A stretch of DNA of 63,144 nucleotides, counting the filler, from Octopus bimaculoides (taxonomy: Eukaryota): NCBI RefSeq assembly GCF_001194135.2. It is 9 parts of 9 records of this genome, joined end to end, with 100 filler letters (N's around TTAATTAATTAA, not from the genome) between each part and the next. Parts side by side here need not be neighbours in the genome. Positions count along the whole stretch, not along the records: positions 1 to 11,928 come from NC_068986.1; 8 more parts are not named here. One strand, given 5' to 3'. Made by a program: the position numbers and the translations under genes. Positions 1-11,843 of the stretch are shown here, piece by piece (positions within the stretch are counted from its first letter, which is position 1; each line of letters begins with the position of its first letter). The notes below the pieces were generated by a model. The model was not told the DNA's origin. It was given only the letters and a program-made list of their open reading frames with translations, and made no database searches.

Positions 1-16
1 TATATATATATATATA

Positions 17-224
17 GTTTTAGGGAAAATAACCAATTCTCAAGAACTCATCGATGAAAATCCACTATCACATATAGAAAAATTAATAATTAAAAGCACA
101 ATAAATGAGTATAATATAAAGTAAAGTAAATATCATAAGATAAATATAATATAATATAATATAATATATGTGATAGTGGATTTTCATCGATGAGTTCTTG
201 AGAATTGGTTATTTTCCCTAAAAC
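17..224. repeat. Perfect 60 bp inverted repeat with an 88 bp AT-rich spacer, embedded in (TA)n; MITE/foldback-like
   Basis: 17-76 is the exact reverse complement of 165-224. Confidence 0.9.
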
Positions 225-284
<60 letters not shown>

Positions 285-296
285 AATATATATACG

Positions 297-449
297 ACGA
301 GTTTGTTTCAGTTTCCGCCTACCAAATGTACTCAGAAGGCTTTGGTCGAACCGAGGCTATAGTAGAAGACACTTACCCAAGATGGTACGCAATGGATGTG
401 AACCCGTCACCATGGTGTTGGAAATCTAGCTTCCTACTACACAGTCACT
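297..449 (-). mobile_element. tRNA-derived SINE (family A), 5' part
   Basis: Reverse complement of the head seen at 7456-7610. Confidence 0.8.
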
Positions 450-633
450 TTGAGAACATATCACTATCTCGGAAGTCAGCCTTTCGAGTATTGATGTACA
501 CCTACAGTTCGCTAGTAAATTCCTATAGAACCTTTGGCAAAACCTAAAAACTGATCTAAAACTTGAAAATTACATTTGACCTTTAACATTTATAGATGTA
601 TGCCATTTACATGGTTTACCTTATAAATTGCAG

Positions 634-820
634 GTCAACTATTTTGACAGAGATATAGAAAACGCACCAACCTACTTCCAGTCATTCTTTGGTCAAATGT
701 CTTCTGCGTTGATTATTGGTTTAAAGCCAAATGGTTACTATTGGATGACAGTGCAAGTGTTCAATACAGCAGGACTTAGCGATCTGAGTGAGAAGTATTT
801 GGGTAAAACAGGAAGTGATC
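634..820 (+). CDS. Contactin-like cell adhesion molecule, internal exon (second half of an FN3 domain)
   Basis: Acceptor ttgcag| at 633 and donor |gtaagt at 821. The 187 nt exon (phase 0 to phase 1) reads VNYFDRDIENAPTYFQSFFGQMSSALIIGLKPNGYYWMTVQVFNTAGLSDLSEKYLGKTGSD. The GLKP..Y...VQVFNTAG pattern is typical of FN3 domains. It splices in frame to 3775. Confidence 0.85.
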
Positions 821-1020
821 GTAAGTATTTTTTATAATCTATATTCATTTATAATACATATTTATAATTCACAAATGCATTATTCGTTCAAATTAGTTCT
901 GGCAGAATAGTTCTGGACTGAAGAAATTATACTTGTTAAATTATGTGCAAATATATTTAAAATCTGGGCCAAAGGTTTTATATTTGGGACAGATAATGTT
1001 AGCTTTCTAGTAATGTTATA

Positions 1021-1244
1021 CGAGGGGGAGGTGAGGCTGAAAACTTTCTGGCTTTGAGTAAAAAGAAAATACAGGAGGATCAGTTATTTATGTTTTTACT
1101 CAACATGTTCCCCTCTCAGATTCACACACTTATTGCAGCTGTCCTCCAGCTTTTCTAAGCCCTGTAAAAGAACTCAGTAGGTTGGGCCTCCAACCAGGCC
1201 TTTCACAATACCCTTAAAGCCAGGAACTTTTCAGCACCCCCTCA
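1021..1244. mobile_element. Mariner-type MITE
   Basis: TA-flanked. The left end CGAGGGGGAGGTGAGGCTGAAAACTTTCTGGCTTT and the right end AAAGCCAGGAACTTTTCAGCACCCCCTCA form imperfect TIRs. Confidence 0.75.
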
Positions 1245-2419
1245 TATGAACAGACAGATGTCGGTCGTAAGTGAACCGCAGTCAAGGGCAAACTGCGGTT
1301 TGGGGGACTATCTGAATGGTACGCCTTGAAAATTTTAGTAATGCGACCTGCCTGATGATGAGTCACATCTTATGCAGCTCACTTCTCAATAAAGGCTACC
1401 TATGCAGAAAATTCTCCGGTATAATGTAGGATAAAAAGAAAGAAATAATGATTGTAGTTTTATTACACCAACATCTGGAAATAGCCTTGTTGTGCAACTG
1501 GCATTTATAGTTAAATTTTCTTTCTTTTTCTTTTTAGCGTGGGATTTGCCTTTTAGAATAGACTATAATTATATTATTGTTCTCTGTTGTTGAATCTGTG
1601 TTGGTGGTTATCGTAACCCATTGCTGACTGAATATTTTGAACGACAGAGGAATCAGTTGGAAATGAGTTTGTCTTTAATGATGCAGATAGTGAGTGTATG
1701 AAATGGAGTCAGATGACATAACGCAATCGTTGACCTACAAAACGCCTATTTATTTCACGTGCTAACGCATAAAATAATATAGTCATTTCTATATTTATTA
1801 CTTTGTGAAAGTTTCAGTTTGTGCGTTTGATCTTTGAGAAGCAAATGAATCAAGCTTGATACTGATTTTGTTGCAAACGTTAGTATGTTTCACTACCTTG
1901 GTGGAAATGAAAAACAATTATTTACATAACATTAACTTCACGTTGTAGTCTGTTAATAGTTTAAAATGCGTTTGGAGTAGACTTTAAATGTATTTAGTAG
2001 TAAATAAGTTAACAGTGTGTAATTAATTAGCCAGTTAATTCATTTATTTTTCTCTTAAATACCTGAGAAACATGCTTTTCTGGTTTTTCATTATTGCTAG
2101 TGTATTTTTGTTTTTTATATTTTTCACAATGGATGCTATGAGTAGTGCCGCAAACTGGTGGACTGTTAGTTATGCATTGAACTGTTATTAGTGGTTTAAG
2201 TAACCATCTATAAATCAAGTCCTTTGCCAAACAAGTATAACAGTCATTGTATTTATTTATTTATTTTGCTGGAATTGTTTCTAGCAACATGCATTTATTA
2301 ATACGTAGTTAATAAGTAGTTAAATGTTTAATACTAAGTTGGCTAGCTACGTATGAACTTTGAAAGATAACGAAACACCGCATGTGATTAAATGGAATGT
2401 AATTGCGAAATTCATAACT

Positions 2420-2860
2420 TACGTGAATAGATCGAATAAATGTAGACTTTTGTTTGGATGAAAGAGCGCAGACCCTGTTCAGATCTAAGATTCCTAACTC
2501 TATATTGAACTCCAGATCAGAAATTTTCAAGGGTTGAATACATATGTATAAATATATTTTGAAGAATTGGAAAATTCCGCTTATTCCTGTCTGACTTGAT
2601 ATCTTTCCAGCCTTATCATTTAAGGTCTAAGGAGGATAATGCTTCTACAATTTTACTTTTTACATTTTAGTTTCTGTTTTTCGTGCTCCGTTTTTCGTTT
2701 TCCGTTGTTTACTGTCTGCATTTTCTATATGCTGCCTTCTCAATTTTTTTGCATTTCTTCTATAATTCAATTTTTTTAGTTCGTTATAAGTGGCTAGCGC
2801 CTGAAGAATATGCCTGAGTTTTCTCAACATATGAAACTATTAGTAGCGCTTTAAATAAAT
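2420..2860 (+). mobile_element. Penelope-like element 3' end (GIY-YIG C-terminus plus pseudo-LTR)
   Basis: With one frameshift and one stop it reads CRLCLDERAQTLFRSKIPNSILNSRSEIFKG*IHMYKY, matching the CxLCxxE...LNxRxE..C.H tail of Penelope endonucleases. A T-rich UTR and a hammerhead follow. Confidence 0.65.
2796..2850 (+). ncRNA. Type I minimal hammerhead ribozyme, intact core
   Basis: AGCGC (stem I) - CTGAAGA - ATATG cc TGAG tttt CTCA a CATAT (stem II) - GAAA - C tatta G - TA - GCGCT (stem I). The predicted GUA cleavage site follows 2845. It lies downstream of a Penelope GIY-YIG C-terminal remnant. Confidence 0.85.
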
Positions 2861-3774
2861 ATATATATAAATAAATAATATATATATCACATGTGTTTAC
2901 ATGATTATGGGATGCTGTTACACATTGCTAGTGACATTTGGTTTCCAGTTCTTTCTTGCTTGCGCCATACTTTTTCATCCTGCCTAAATATCTTTAAGAA
3001 AATCGTCTTCCTGTCATCATTGTGGCCTTTCAAATTCTGTTATTTATCTCTTGCATACGACTTAGAAGATCCACTGGTCCATCTGATTTCTGTAAAGCTT
3101 GCGACATGTCCAGCCCAGAGCTACTTGTGCTTTCGGTATCCCGCCTTCGCATCTCTTATTTTGTTTGTTTTTATATCACCTTATTTTGGATATGCTTTTG
3201 CAATGATATTACCTGTATGGATCTTTCCATGGCTCTTTGTGTCGTAGCTAAACTATAGTCTCTCTCGATAGTAACCCGCAACTCACTTTCCGCATGAGAT
3301 ATGAATGTAAGAAACACTTCGAAAGAAAGAAATACATGCTAAACGAATTGGTGGAAATGTCGCGAGATAATTTAAGATTATACAATTATTTTTCAGTATA
3401 TTATTTAAAAACTTCTCTGGTATTAAATGTACGAAATAATATATTCTTTTAATCATTGGAGAAGTATAATCGCATTAATTTTTCATTTACTGCCTTATTG
3501 TACTCATTTAGAAATATAATCCGTTTTACGTATTATATTTCTGAAATCTCATTGCAATGTCTAGAAGTTTGGCTTTCGTTGCGAATATAATTTACACTGA
3601 ATGCATCCAGGTAAGTTATTCAATGAGTTTCAGAGTAAAACATACAACCAGATAGAAATACGATATTGTAACTTACTTCAAAATAATGACTACTTATGAA
3701 ATGTGATATTAGATGCAACTTAACAAATTTGAATAACTAGCTAGTAAAATACAGCTTTGATGTTACTTTAACAG

Positions 3775-3890
3775 CTCCTTTAAAATACCCGATCGAAATA
3801 CACGTTTATTCTCACGGTCCGGAAAGTGTTCGAGTTACCTTCCGTGGAGTTGGCTACAACAACAACGAAGATCCAATCCAAGGGTACAAG
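3775..3890 (+). CDS. Contactin-like cell adhesion molecule, next internal exon (start of the following FN3 domain)
   Basis: Acceptor tttaacag| at 3774 and donor |gtaaga at 3891. The 116 nt exon gives (P)PLKYPIEIHVYSHGPESVRVTFRGVGYNNNEDPIQGYK when joined to the phase-1 end of 634-820. It resembles the last FN3 repeat of invertebrate contactins; the family assignment is from recalled motifs. Confidence 0.85.
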
Positions 3891-6800
3891 GTAAGAGATT
3901 TAATTTATAATACTTTTTAGTGTTTAGTTAGAGGATGTAAGGCAGTACTTTGACTCTACCAGGCCTGTGTGACTGCTTTGAGATCGTGGACTTAACCTAA
4001 ATGCTTGCAACGGAATGTACTATGCTAAAACCAACCGATGATCAGGTGAGCATATTAAACCGGGAAACGAGTTAAGACTACAACGTTTGCCTATTTATCG
4101 AAAATAGTACTTGAAAGTCCGCTAATCTGAAATTCTTTGAAATTAGAAAACATGCAAAGTGATTATATTACCAACATAAACATCTTTCTTCCTTGTTATA
4201 TACAAAGTACATCTTATAACAGTTCAAATCCATCTTTATTCGTGGTACTTTTACATTTCATGCAAAACAAAATACGCGGTAACAAAAAAAGTAACCTTCT
4301 CATTTCAGCTTTCCGGCTAATGAATATGTCTAATGTTATTCGAAAAGTACTTACTAGTAAACATTGCAAGTTTCCTATAGAACAAGTAATCTCTAGAAAT
4401 GAAACTTTCGAGATAAAAGAAATACGCATTTTAAATAAAAGCACACTGTATTTCCATAATATGTATACACGAAGATAAAGAAATATGGGTCATCAAAATA
4501 AACAGCATTATGCAGCAAACAAAAATGTGAAGCCATACAGGAAATAACAGAATTTTGCTGGTTCGTACTTTCTGTAAACTGACTAGCTAAGACATTATAA
4601 TGCCGAATTGGGGAATTCGAAAGAATATATAGATTATTATAAGCAAAAACAAATGAGAGAGAAAACATTGCATGAAGTAAGCAAAGAAAAATTACGAATG
4701 AGAATTCCTAATAAGCAAACAAGTTGCGATAGATCTTGACTGACCCACGTATCAAAAACGTACGTGATTATGTCGGTAAGTGTTGTATAGCTGATCTTTC
4801 ACCTTTCTTCGTCGAGAAATCTACATTTGGTGTTGTGTATGTCACTGAGAGTGTCAACACTAAACTTACTTCCCAATAAGATAATCGGTTGTCAACGGTC
4901 TGAGGATAAATTCCTACTGTTATCTCGGTAAAGTGAATTTGAATCTTGCTAAAACGAAACCATCAATGACCTCACTTCTGTCTGCATGACTGTCATAAAT
5001 ATTATCATCAACCCAAATTTATCGCAATGTTATTAGTATTATTATGATCATCACTTACTTCATTATCATCCCGTCACAAATTACGTATATAAATCTACAT
5101 TTACATTTTCATTTCTGCAAACGGTATCATTTGCTAATTTGTTTAATTCTAGCCAATTTATCAATACAATGACGTTATTCTATCAAATTATCTGTATCTA
5201 CTATGAATAATTAAAATCACTTATGGTTAAGTTTCGAGATAATATCTTTAAGATACTAATTTTAATGAACCAGTTAACATTGGAATTGACATAATTTCGA
5301 AATAATTTGCGTGTACTGTATAGTAAAATTCCTATTTTATTTAACAAATAGTTTAATATCTGTGTTTAAATTCTGAATGAGACAAAACACTCGCAACATA
5401 ATATATAACAAGAATGATTTATTTTACAAACAATTTTCATATCGAGCAGCTAGGTTTGATATACTCCAAATTTGTCATATTATGAATTTAAATGGCGATA
5501 GTGATAGGATTGATTAAGTATATGAAGAAATGCCAAAGGCAAATTAGTTTCTTCCATGTAAACTTTGAGTTAAAATCTTACCGCAATTTGTTTTATATCT
5601 CATCTGTATCAAATCAATAAATAAGCACAACCAAAGTGATGTTCATTCAATCAGCTATAATTCTCTTCCTGCTCGCTGATATAGTTGTAACCAAACCAAG
5701 AAAAATTAATTACCAAAACATAAAATACAATTGATTTATTTTTTTATTGAAAATTTTCTTTTCATAAATTACATTTGGTTTTAACAACATCAGTACTTTA
5801 AAATTCTGTTTGTTATTGTGCCTTTTCATTTGTTTGTTTGCTATTTTTAAATTTGATTTTAAATTGATATGTAACTATATTTGAAAGCCATCATTATTTT
5901 TTAGTTTTTGTAATCCTGAAGATTGTTTAGTGTTTAATACTTAGTAACATTGTAGCCAGAAGTTCAAGGTACTTTGAATATTTTAAAACTACATTCGGGC
6001 GAAATGCAAAGTTTGGAATACACAACTTTATTACAAATTTGTGCTTGGTTTATTTAGAAATCAAGACGCATATATTGTATTTTGATTAAATCACTGAACC
6101 TACAGAAAATTTAAGGAAGCATTTCTCCAGGGAAAATTCTGTAAAATTTTACGCAATACAAATGAAAATTGTTAACAACTTGATTGAATCGACAAAAATA
6201 CATAATCTCAAACCATATTCGAAGATAATTTGAACAGTAGATGGAATATACGTTGAATAATATAGTATAAACATATAAATAGGACACCTTTTGCTAGTCA
6301 CGTCATAAAACACTTTAAACGAAATGACATCAACAAATTACTATTTCAAAATTCTGAAAGTAGAAATACTAATACTAGGAATTGGAAAAATCAATATTAA
6401 TTTCATNNNNNNNNNNNNNNNNNNNNNNNNNNNNNNNNNNNNNNNNNNNNNNNNNNNNNNNNNNNNNNNNNNNNNNNNNNNNNNNNNNNNNNNNNNNNNN
6501 NNNNNNNNNNNNNNNNNNNNNNNNNNNNNNNNNNNNNNNNNNNNNNNNNNNNNNNNNNNNNNNNNNNNNNNNNNNNNNATGCATGTGTACATGTATGCAT
6601 GTATATATGTATGTACGTGTGTATGTAATATTTTTACTGAAAGATTTTTGTAGTAAAGGAAACAGCGAAAAGACTATATACCATACTACTACATTCATGA
6701 GGTAGTAAGAACATTCATCACTAAAATAATCAGCACATATGAAATGAAGAAGTTTAAATCTTGAAGTGACATATTATTGTATATGCGGCTTCTCTACCTC

Positions 6801-7140
6801 ATTTTATTTATTATAAGTATTAAGTGCATTGGTTGCACTAGGCACAACTGTTCCGCTGCTAAGTACAGGGAAGTGAGAGGCTTTTGCGCTAATACCTTTC
6901 CGTTCGTGATACTTTTGCGCTAATACCATTCCGTAAGCGAATTAAAATTGTAGTGTCTCATTGGAGTCACTATTATTTACTTATTGCTTATATTTAGCAA
7001 TATATATAACGAGATAGATAAATAGACAGACAAGGAGAAAGATAGATATTCCTTATTAACTCCTGTATATATACATACGCGCACGCACCCATGTTTAGTA
7101 TTAATTAACAGTAGATGGATTTCGTATTAGTCTTTTATTA

Positions 7141-7187
7141 GGTACAACAAGTATTTCGACCCATCAGTCTGGGTCTCTTTAGGTACA
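7141..7187 (-). ncRNA. Hammerhead ribozyme motif, G5 mutated (left arm of foldback)
   Basis: On the minus strand: TGTAC - CTAAAGA - GACCC agactgat GGGTC (perfect stem II) - GAAA - TACTTG - TT - GTAC. Confidence 0.55.
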
Positions 7188-7365
7188 TTGATAAAGAAGT
7201 TTTACTGATTATGTCATTTTATCTAAACTGGAACGCAAATTTCCACGTTCATATTTGAACTTTCTTGCGTTTCTATAATATTATTTGTTTTTATTCCTTA
7301 CCTAACTTTATGGGCATATAACAAGCCAGTCGACTGAAAAATCTCTAGTGAGATTCCTTTATCAA

Positions 7366-7411
7366 TGTACCTGAAGAGACCCATACTGATAGGATGAAAT
7401 ATACGTTGTCC
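7366..7411 (+). ncRNA. Hammerhead ribozyme motif, stem II decayed (right arm of foldback)
   Basis: TGTAC - CTGAAGA - GACCC atactgat AGGAT - GAAA - TATACG - TT - GTCC. The core boxes are intact but stem II is broken. Confidence 0.55.
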
Positions 7412-7455
7412 CTAATAAAAGTGTAATACGAAATCTGTCTCCTACTATTAATTAA

Positions 7456-7656
7456 TAGGAGTGACTGTGTGGTAAGTAGCTTGCTTACCAGCCACATGGT
7501 TCCGGGTTCAGTTCCACTGCGTGGCAGCTTGGGCAAGTGTCTTCTACTATAGCCTCGGACCGAGCAAAGCCTTGTGAGTGGATTTGGTAGACGGAAACTG
7601 AAAGAAGCCCGTCGTATATATGTATATATATATATGTGTGTATGTGTGTGTGTGTG

Positions 7657-7689
<33 letters not shown>

Positions 7690-7835
7690 TTGTGTGTCTG
7701 TGCTTGTCCCCCACCATCGCTTGACAACCGATGCTGGTGTGTTTACGTCCCCGTAACCTAGCGGTTCAGCAAAAAGAGACCGATAGAATAAGTACTAGGC
7801 TTCCAAAGAATAAGTCCTGGGGTCGATTTTCTCCG
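7456..7835 (+). mobile_element. tRNA-derived SINE (family A), near full length, with internal (TA)n(TG)n
   Basis: A-box-like TGTGTGGTAAG and B-box-like GGTTCAGTTCC, conserved GGGCAAGTGTCTTCTACTATAGCC, and tail GATAGAATAAGTACTAGGC. Confidence 0.85.
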
Positions 7836-8019
7836 AAACAACTCTGAATACATGAGCGCCCAACATATACATAGCTCGAATATCGAACCCCATACTTTAG
7901 GTCATAACAAAAACCCAACTAATCTCACTAACACTAATCAGAATACTACTACCACTATTACAGATAGGATAAATAACAACAACGATAGAAATAGTCATAA
8001 TACTAGTAATAATAATGTA

Positions 8020-8470
8020 TTACCTCCTCCAGTCCTGAGAATAATCACCTCAATGCACTACCGTATAACTGTCAACCTAGGACCATCTGCCCTCCACAAA
8101 CCCGATGCACAAGGTCTTACGTAATCTATACATGCACCGTTCTCAAAACGTTACACAATTCTACAACCATATATAGGGTCAACTATAAATTTTAAACAGC
8201 GATACGCTGCGCATCTAAATTCTTTTAGATACGAGAAACAGTAAATCCACAGCACTCGCCAGTCACATACATCATCTCAAAAATTGAAATATTCTATACA
8301 TCTTTTCATGGTCCCTAATAGATTCAAGGCTTTCATACGAAGGTCAACGTTCAGCCTGCAAGCTATGCATAAAAGAGGCATTCCACATATTAAAACACAA
8401 CTCTTCAATACATAAGTATAATGAGGCCCGAGGTATATGCAACCACCGCTTTTTTCATACCTTCAAATTT
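8020..8470 (+). mobile_element. Penelope-like GIY-YIG endonuclease remnant
   Basis: Degenerate translation contains PYIGSTINFKQRYAAHLNSFRYEK, then STALASHIHHLK and CKLCIKEAFHIL, with frameshifts and stops. UTR-like sequence probably continues to about 9700. Confidence 0.7.
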
Positions 8471-8684
8471 TATCACATATCTAAATGCAACCTAAATCAC
8501 CACACCATACATATCCCAAACACTCCTTAGGCAATCCCAAGCAACCCTACTTCACTTTCCATTGTCTCCGTTTTTAATCTTTTAATATCCGAATCTTATT
8601 TTCTAATTATTTTTAATTGTTCAATAATACATATATGCACATGTATATATGTATTCGTGCATGCGTATGGATGTGTGTGTGTGT

Positions 8685-8771
<87 letters not shown>

Positions 8772-9229
8772 CACACACACATACACACTCATATATATAT
8801 ATGCATATACGCGTATGGGTTTAAGTACATAAGTATGCGGGCCTATATAATAGTGCATATACACACGTATACAAATGTGTGTGCGCGCATTCGTATATCA
8901 ATATACACTTATTTCTTTCTGTCTCTGATTCCTCAGCCCCTTCTATCACATTAAGCAGTACAACAAACACCTCTGTCTATTTTTAGAAACTTGACCATTA
9001 TATCCTATTATTCTTCCCTTCCTTTTTGAGGTTTACTACCCATTTTAATATCCCACCGCCGGTAACATTTTATATACCTATGTCTCCACTTTAGTGTCTT
9101 TCAAACATATCACACCACCTCCCACTCCTCATATTCATTCCTTACATTTTTATCTCTTCTTACCCCCCTACTTTTCTCCCATCCTCCTCATAATATCTTG
9201 ATCAACACTCATTTTTCATTTTCACTTCC

Positions 9230-9261
<32 letters not shown>

Positions 9262-9603
9262 TCCTCACCTATTCCTTTTGACCATTCTCCTCATCTTTTC
9301 TCTCCTCTCAATCTACTTAATACTACCACTACATTCTCAAAATTTCATTCACATCACAAGACCCCTTTGAACGGACAACACATGGAGTCTACGTCTCCAC
9401 ATTGGACAAGAAACATTTCTACCACTTCTCCACACCACTTTACTTGGATAAGGGAATTGCAACTATAACATCCTACATATATTTTTTATTTTTACTTTTA
9501 TTCTCTTATTTTCCGTTATACTTCTTATATCCATCCTTTTCCAAAATAACTCCTTATATTAAACTTTACTATTTATCTCTATGTAACCATCCATTTCACA
9601 TCA

Positions 9604-9650
9604 TCTCCAACGAAGGGATATCTCTAATATCCCAGAAACAGGTGTAAGAC
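9604..9650 (+). ncRNA. Decayed hammerhead ribozyme motif downstream of a Penelope remnant
   Basis: TCT - CCAACGA (two core substitutions) - GGGATAT ctcta ATATCCC - GAAA - CAGGTG - TA - AGA. Probably inactive. Confidence 0.4.
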
Positions 9651-9772
9651 TAACTTTCTCGTTATAAATGTCCTGAAAATTCCACACAGTCTTGGCTTTC
9701 TTGCCTCATTTTATTCAACACACACACACACGCACATACACACACACATACATACATACATACATACATACA

Positions 9773-9808
<36 letters not shown>

Positions 9809-10819
9809 TATGTGTATATATTATACATTCTTACTTGGTTTGGTTGATAAAGACGAAATGCAACGACGGGTCAATCAAGTGCTGAATTCAATGCACATAG
9901 ACGCGTTTAAATGTAGAAATGAAACCGATGCACTTCACCTTGTTTCTGTCAAACTACAGATAAAAGCAATACCACAAATTTTATGGGAAATATATAGCTG
10001 ATTGTGTTCTATATTTTTGAGATGAGGAATATCCGTCCAATGTAAATAATGTAAATAACGTATAGCTGATTGTATCGGAATCAGTCTTTAATTGCTATTT
10101 AGGATGAAAAGTAAAGTCTACCTCATAGAATTTGAGCATAACGGAACATAACTATCTACAGAATGGCATGTTTAGAAAGAATAGATTTAATTGTTTTCCA
10201 CTTTAACTGACTTAGAAATAGTTTGCTTTTAGTATAAAAAATTGCTCTGTTGGGTATTGTCACTAAATTAAAATTAGAAATTACATGCAAGTTTCGTATT
10301 ACACCAAAGAGATTAAATAAATGTCCAATGATATTGAATGTCACAACAGATAATTACTTTCAGGGATGTCAAAATAAAGGATATAAATTACAATATTTGA
10401 TCAGTCGTTTCAATTTCAAACATTAACAAAGCTTCTGCCTCCATATCAAACACATTCTAAGTTCAAGGTATTTTAGAATATTGACTTAAAGAATAGATAC
10501 CATATGAAGGTATGCAACAAACATTTTCAGAATGCATCTCTTTATGCAAATTATTATTGACGGTCAAACAGGTTGGAAATTGTATTCACACTGTTTGGCC
10601 AAAAAGGATCCATTTTGTTTTGTTTTCTATTGGAAATGTAGCTAGTTAACGTGTAGATTATATTGAAATTCAAATAGATGTTTGTTACAAACGCTGCAAA
10701 GCTTCCTCCGCATCCACAAGTACTTAATAGCCTTTTCAGGGAACAACATAGTTTAAAATGTTCCATAATGAATCAAGAGCGTTTAGAGCAACTGATTAAG
10801 AAACTGGTTTCCTATTGAA

Positions 10820-11010
10820 AAATTGAGAAATTGCACCAGTTTTTAATTAACTTGTGCTAGAAAATCTAAGTTATTGTTTTTCCAGCCTTATAACTCATGG
10901 TCTAAGGGAGATAACTCTTTTCCTACTTTTATTTCTGATTACATTTTCGTTTTCTGGTTTACAATCCATGGTTTTGTATGTTCTCATCACAAGAAACTAT
11001 TAGTAGCACA
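10820..11010 (+). mobile_element. Degraded copy of the same Penelope pseudo-LTR family as 2580-2850
   Basis: Shares TTTCCAGCCTTAT..T.A.GGTCTAAGG and GAAACTATTAGTAGC with 2605-2630 and 2833-2847. The 5' half of the hammerhead is missing. Confidence 0.5.
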
Positions 11011-11087
11011 TAAAGACATGTATCTCTCACCAAGTGGAATAATTTTTTGTTGATTTTACCATCACGGAACAATACATTATATACATA

Positions 11088-11843
11088 CAGGGGCGGAATG
11101 GATAAATTGGCACCACGTTATATTTTTAAATTCGCCCATGTACATTGTTTTTGATTTAGTAGGGTCAGTTGGGCACCGTCTGTGAGAAAACAGAACTATT
11201 ACGCAATTCAGTCTGCAGAAATTTGGAAACTACAAGCTCCAATACGAACATTCCAGAGTGTTTGAATGTCAAGCTGAGTGTTTGGCGTGTCCCCAAAACA
11301 TGTGCCGAGGGTGGTAAAAATCAAACATCCAGTCACCATCATGGTGATTGAGTGATCACTAGTGATTGCGACGTTATGCCTCTATTCATCCTTCCACATG
11401 GCCTCATACTCAACGCGGAGGCCTACCTCAAGTATCTGGAGGAGTTAGTGCTGCCCTGCGTCAAAAGAATCGCTGCCGGAAGACGCTATATTTGGCAACA
11501 TCTGACAACCTAACTCCCCACTCTGCAACCCGCTTGACTATTGTCTGGTGCACAGATGAGCGAGAGACCAACAAAACTCCTTGTAACACCAAAGATGAAC
11601 TGAAAGCAAAGATTATGGCAGCATTCACCAACTTAAACAAAGAGACCGTCCAGAAGAGATGCAGGAGATTCCAAAGTCGTCTAGAGGACGTGGTTGCAGC
11701 TAATGGCGATTTTATTGACTAAATTTACTCCTTCGTATTTCAAGATATTTTTATGTAACTTTGGTAAATATATCTGTTAAAATGAGATGTCAGTGTTATT
11801 TTCATTTGTGTGTAATTTAGACGACAGTTTATTCACCGCACCT

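Larger units (their letters stand above)
7098..7455. repeat. Foldback element, arms 7098-7196 and 7357-7455, each carrying a hammerhead motif
   Basis: The arms align as reverse complements with scattered mismatches. Confidence 0.85.

Noticed and set aside
1345-1420. CTGATGA followed by TGAG...CTCA as a possible hammerhead
   Set aside because: No GAAA box follows the helix and there is no stem I partner.
3962-4044. Possible exon ending at CAG|GTGAGC
   Set aside because: All three frames from the nearest acceptor appear to contain stops or lack FN3 similarity.
5620-5735. Short hydrophobic ORF (VMFIQSAIILFLLADIVV) as a contactin GPI tail
   Set aside because: There is no convincing acceptor site, and the intervening FN3 exon is missing.
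6880-6940. Two direct copies of CTTTTGCGCTAATACC.TTCCGT
   Set aside because: There are only two units, so this is a simple local duplication and not a CRISPR-like array.
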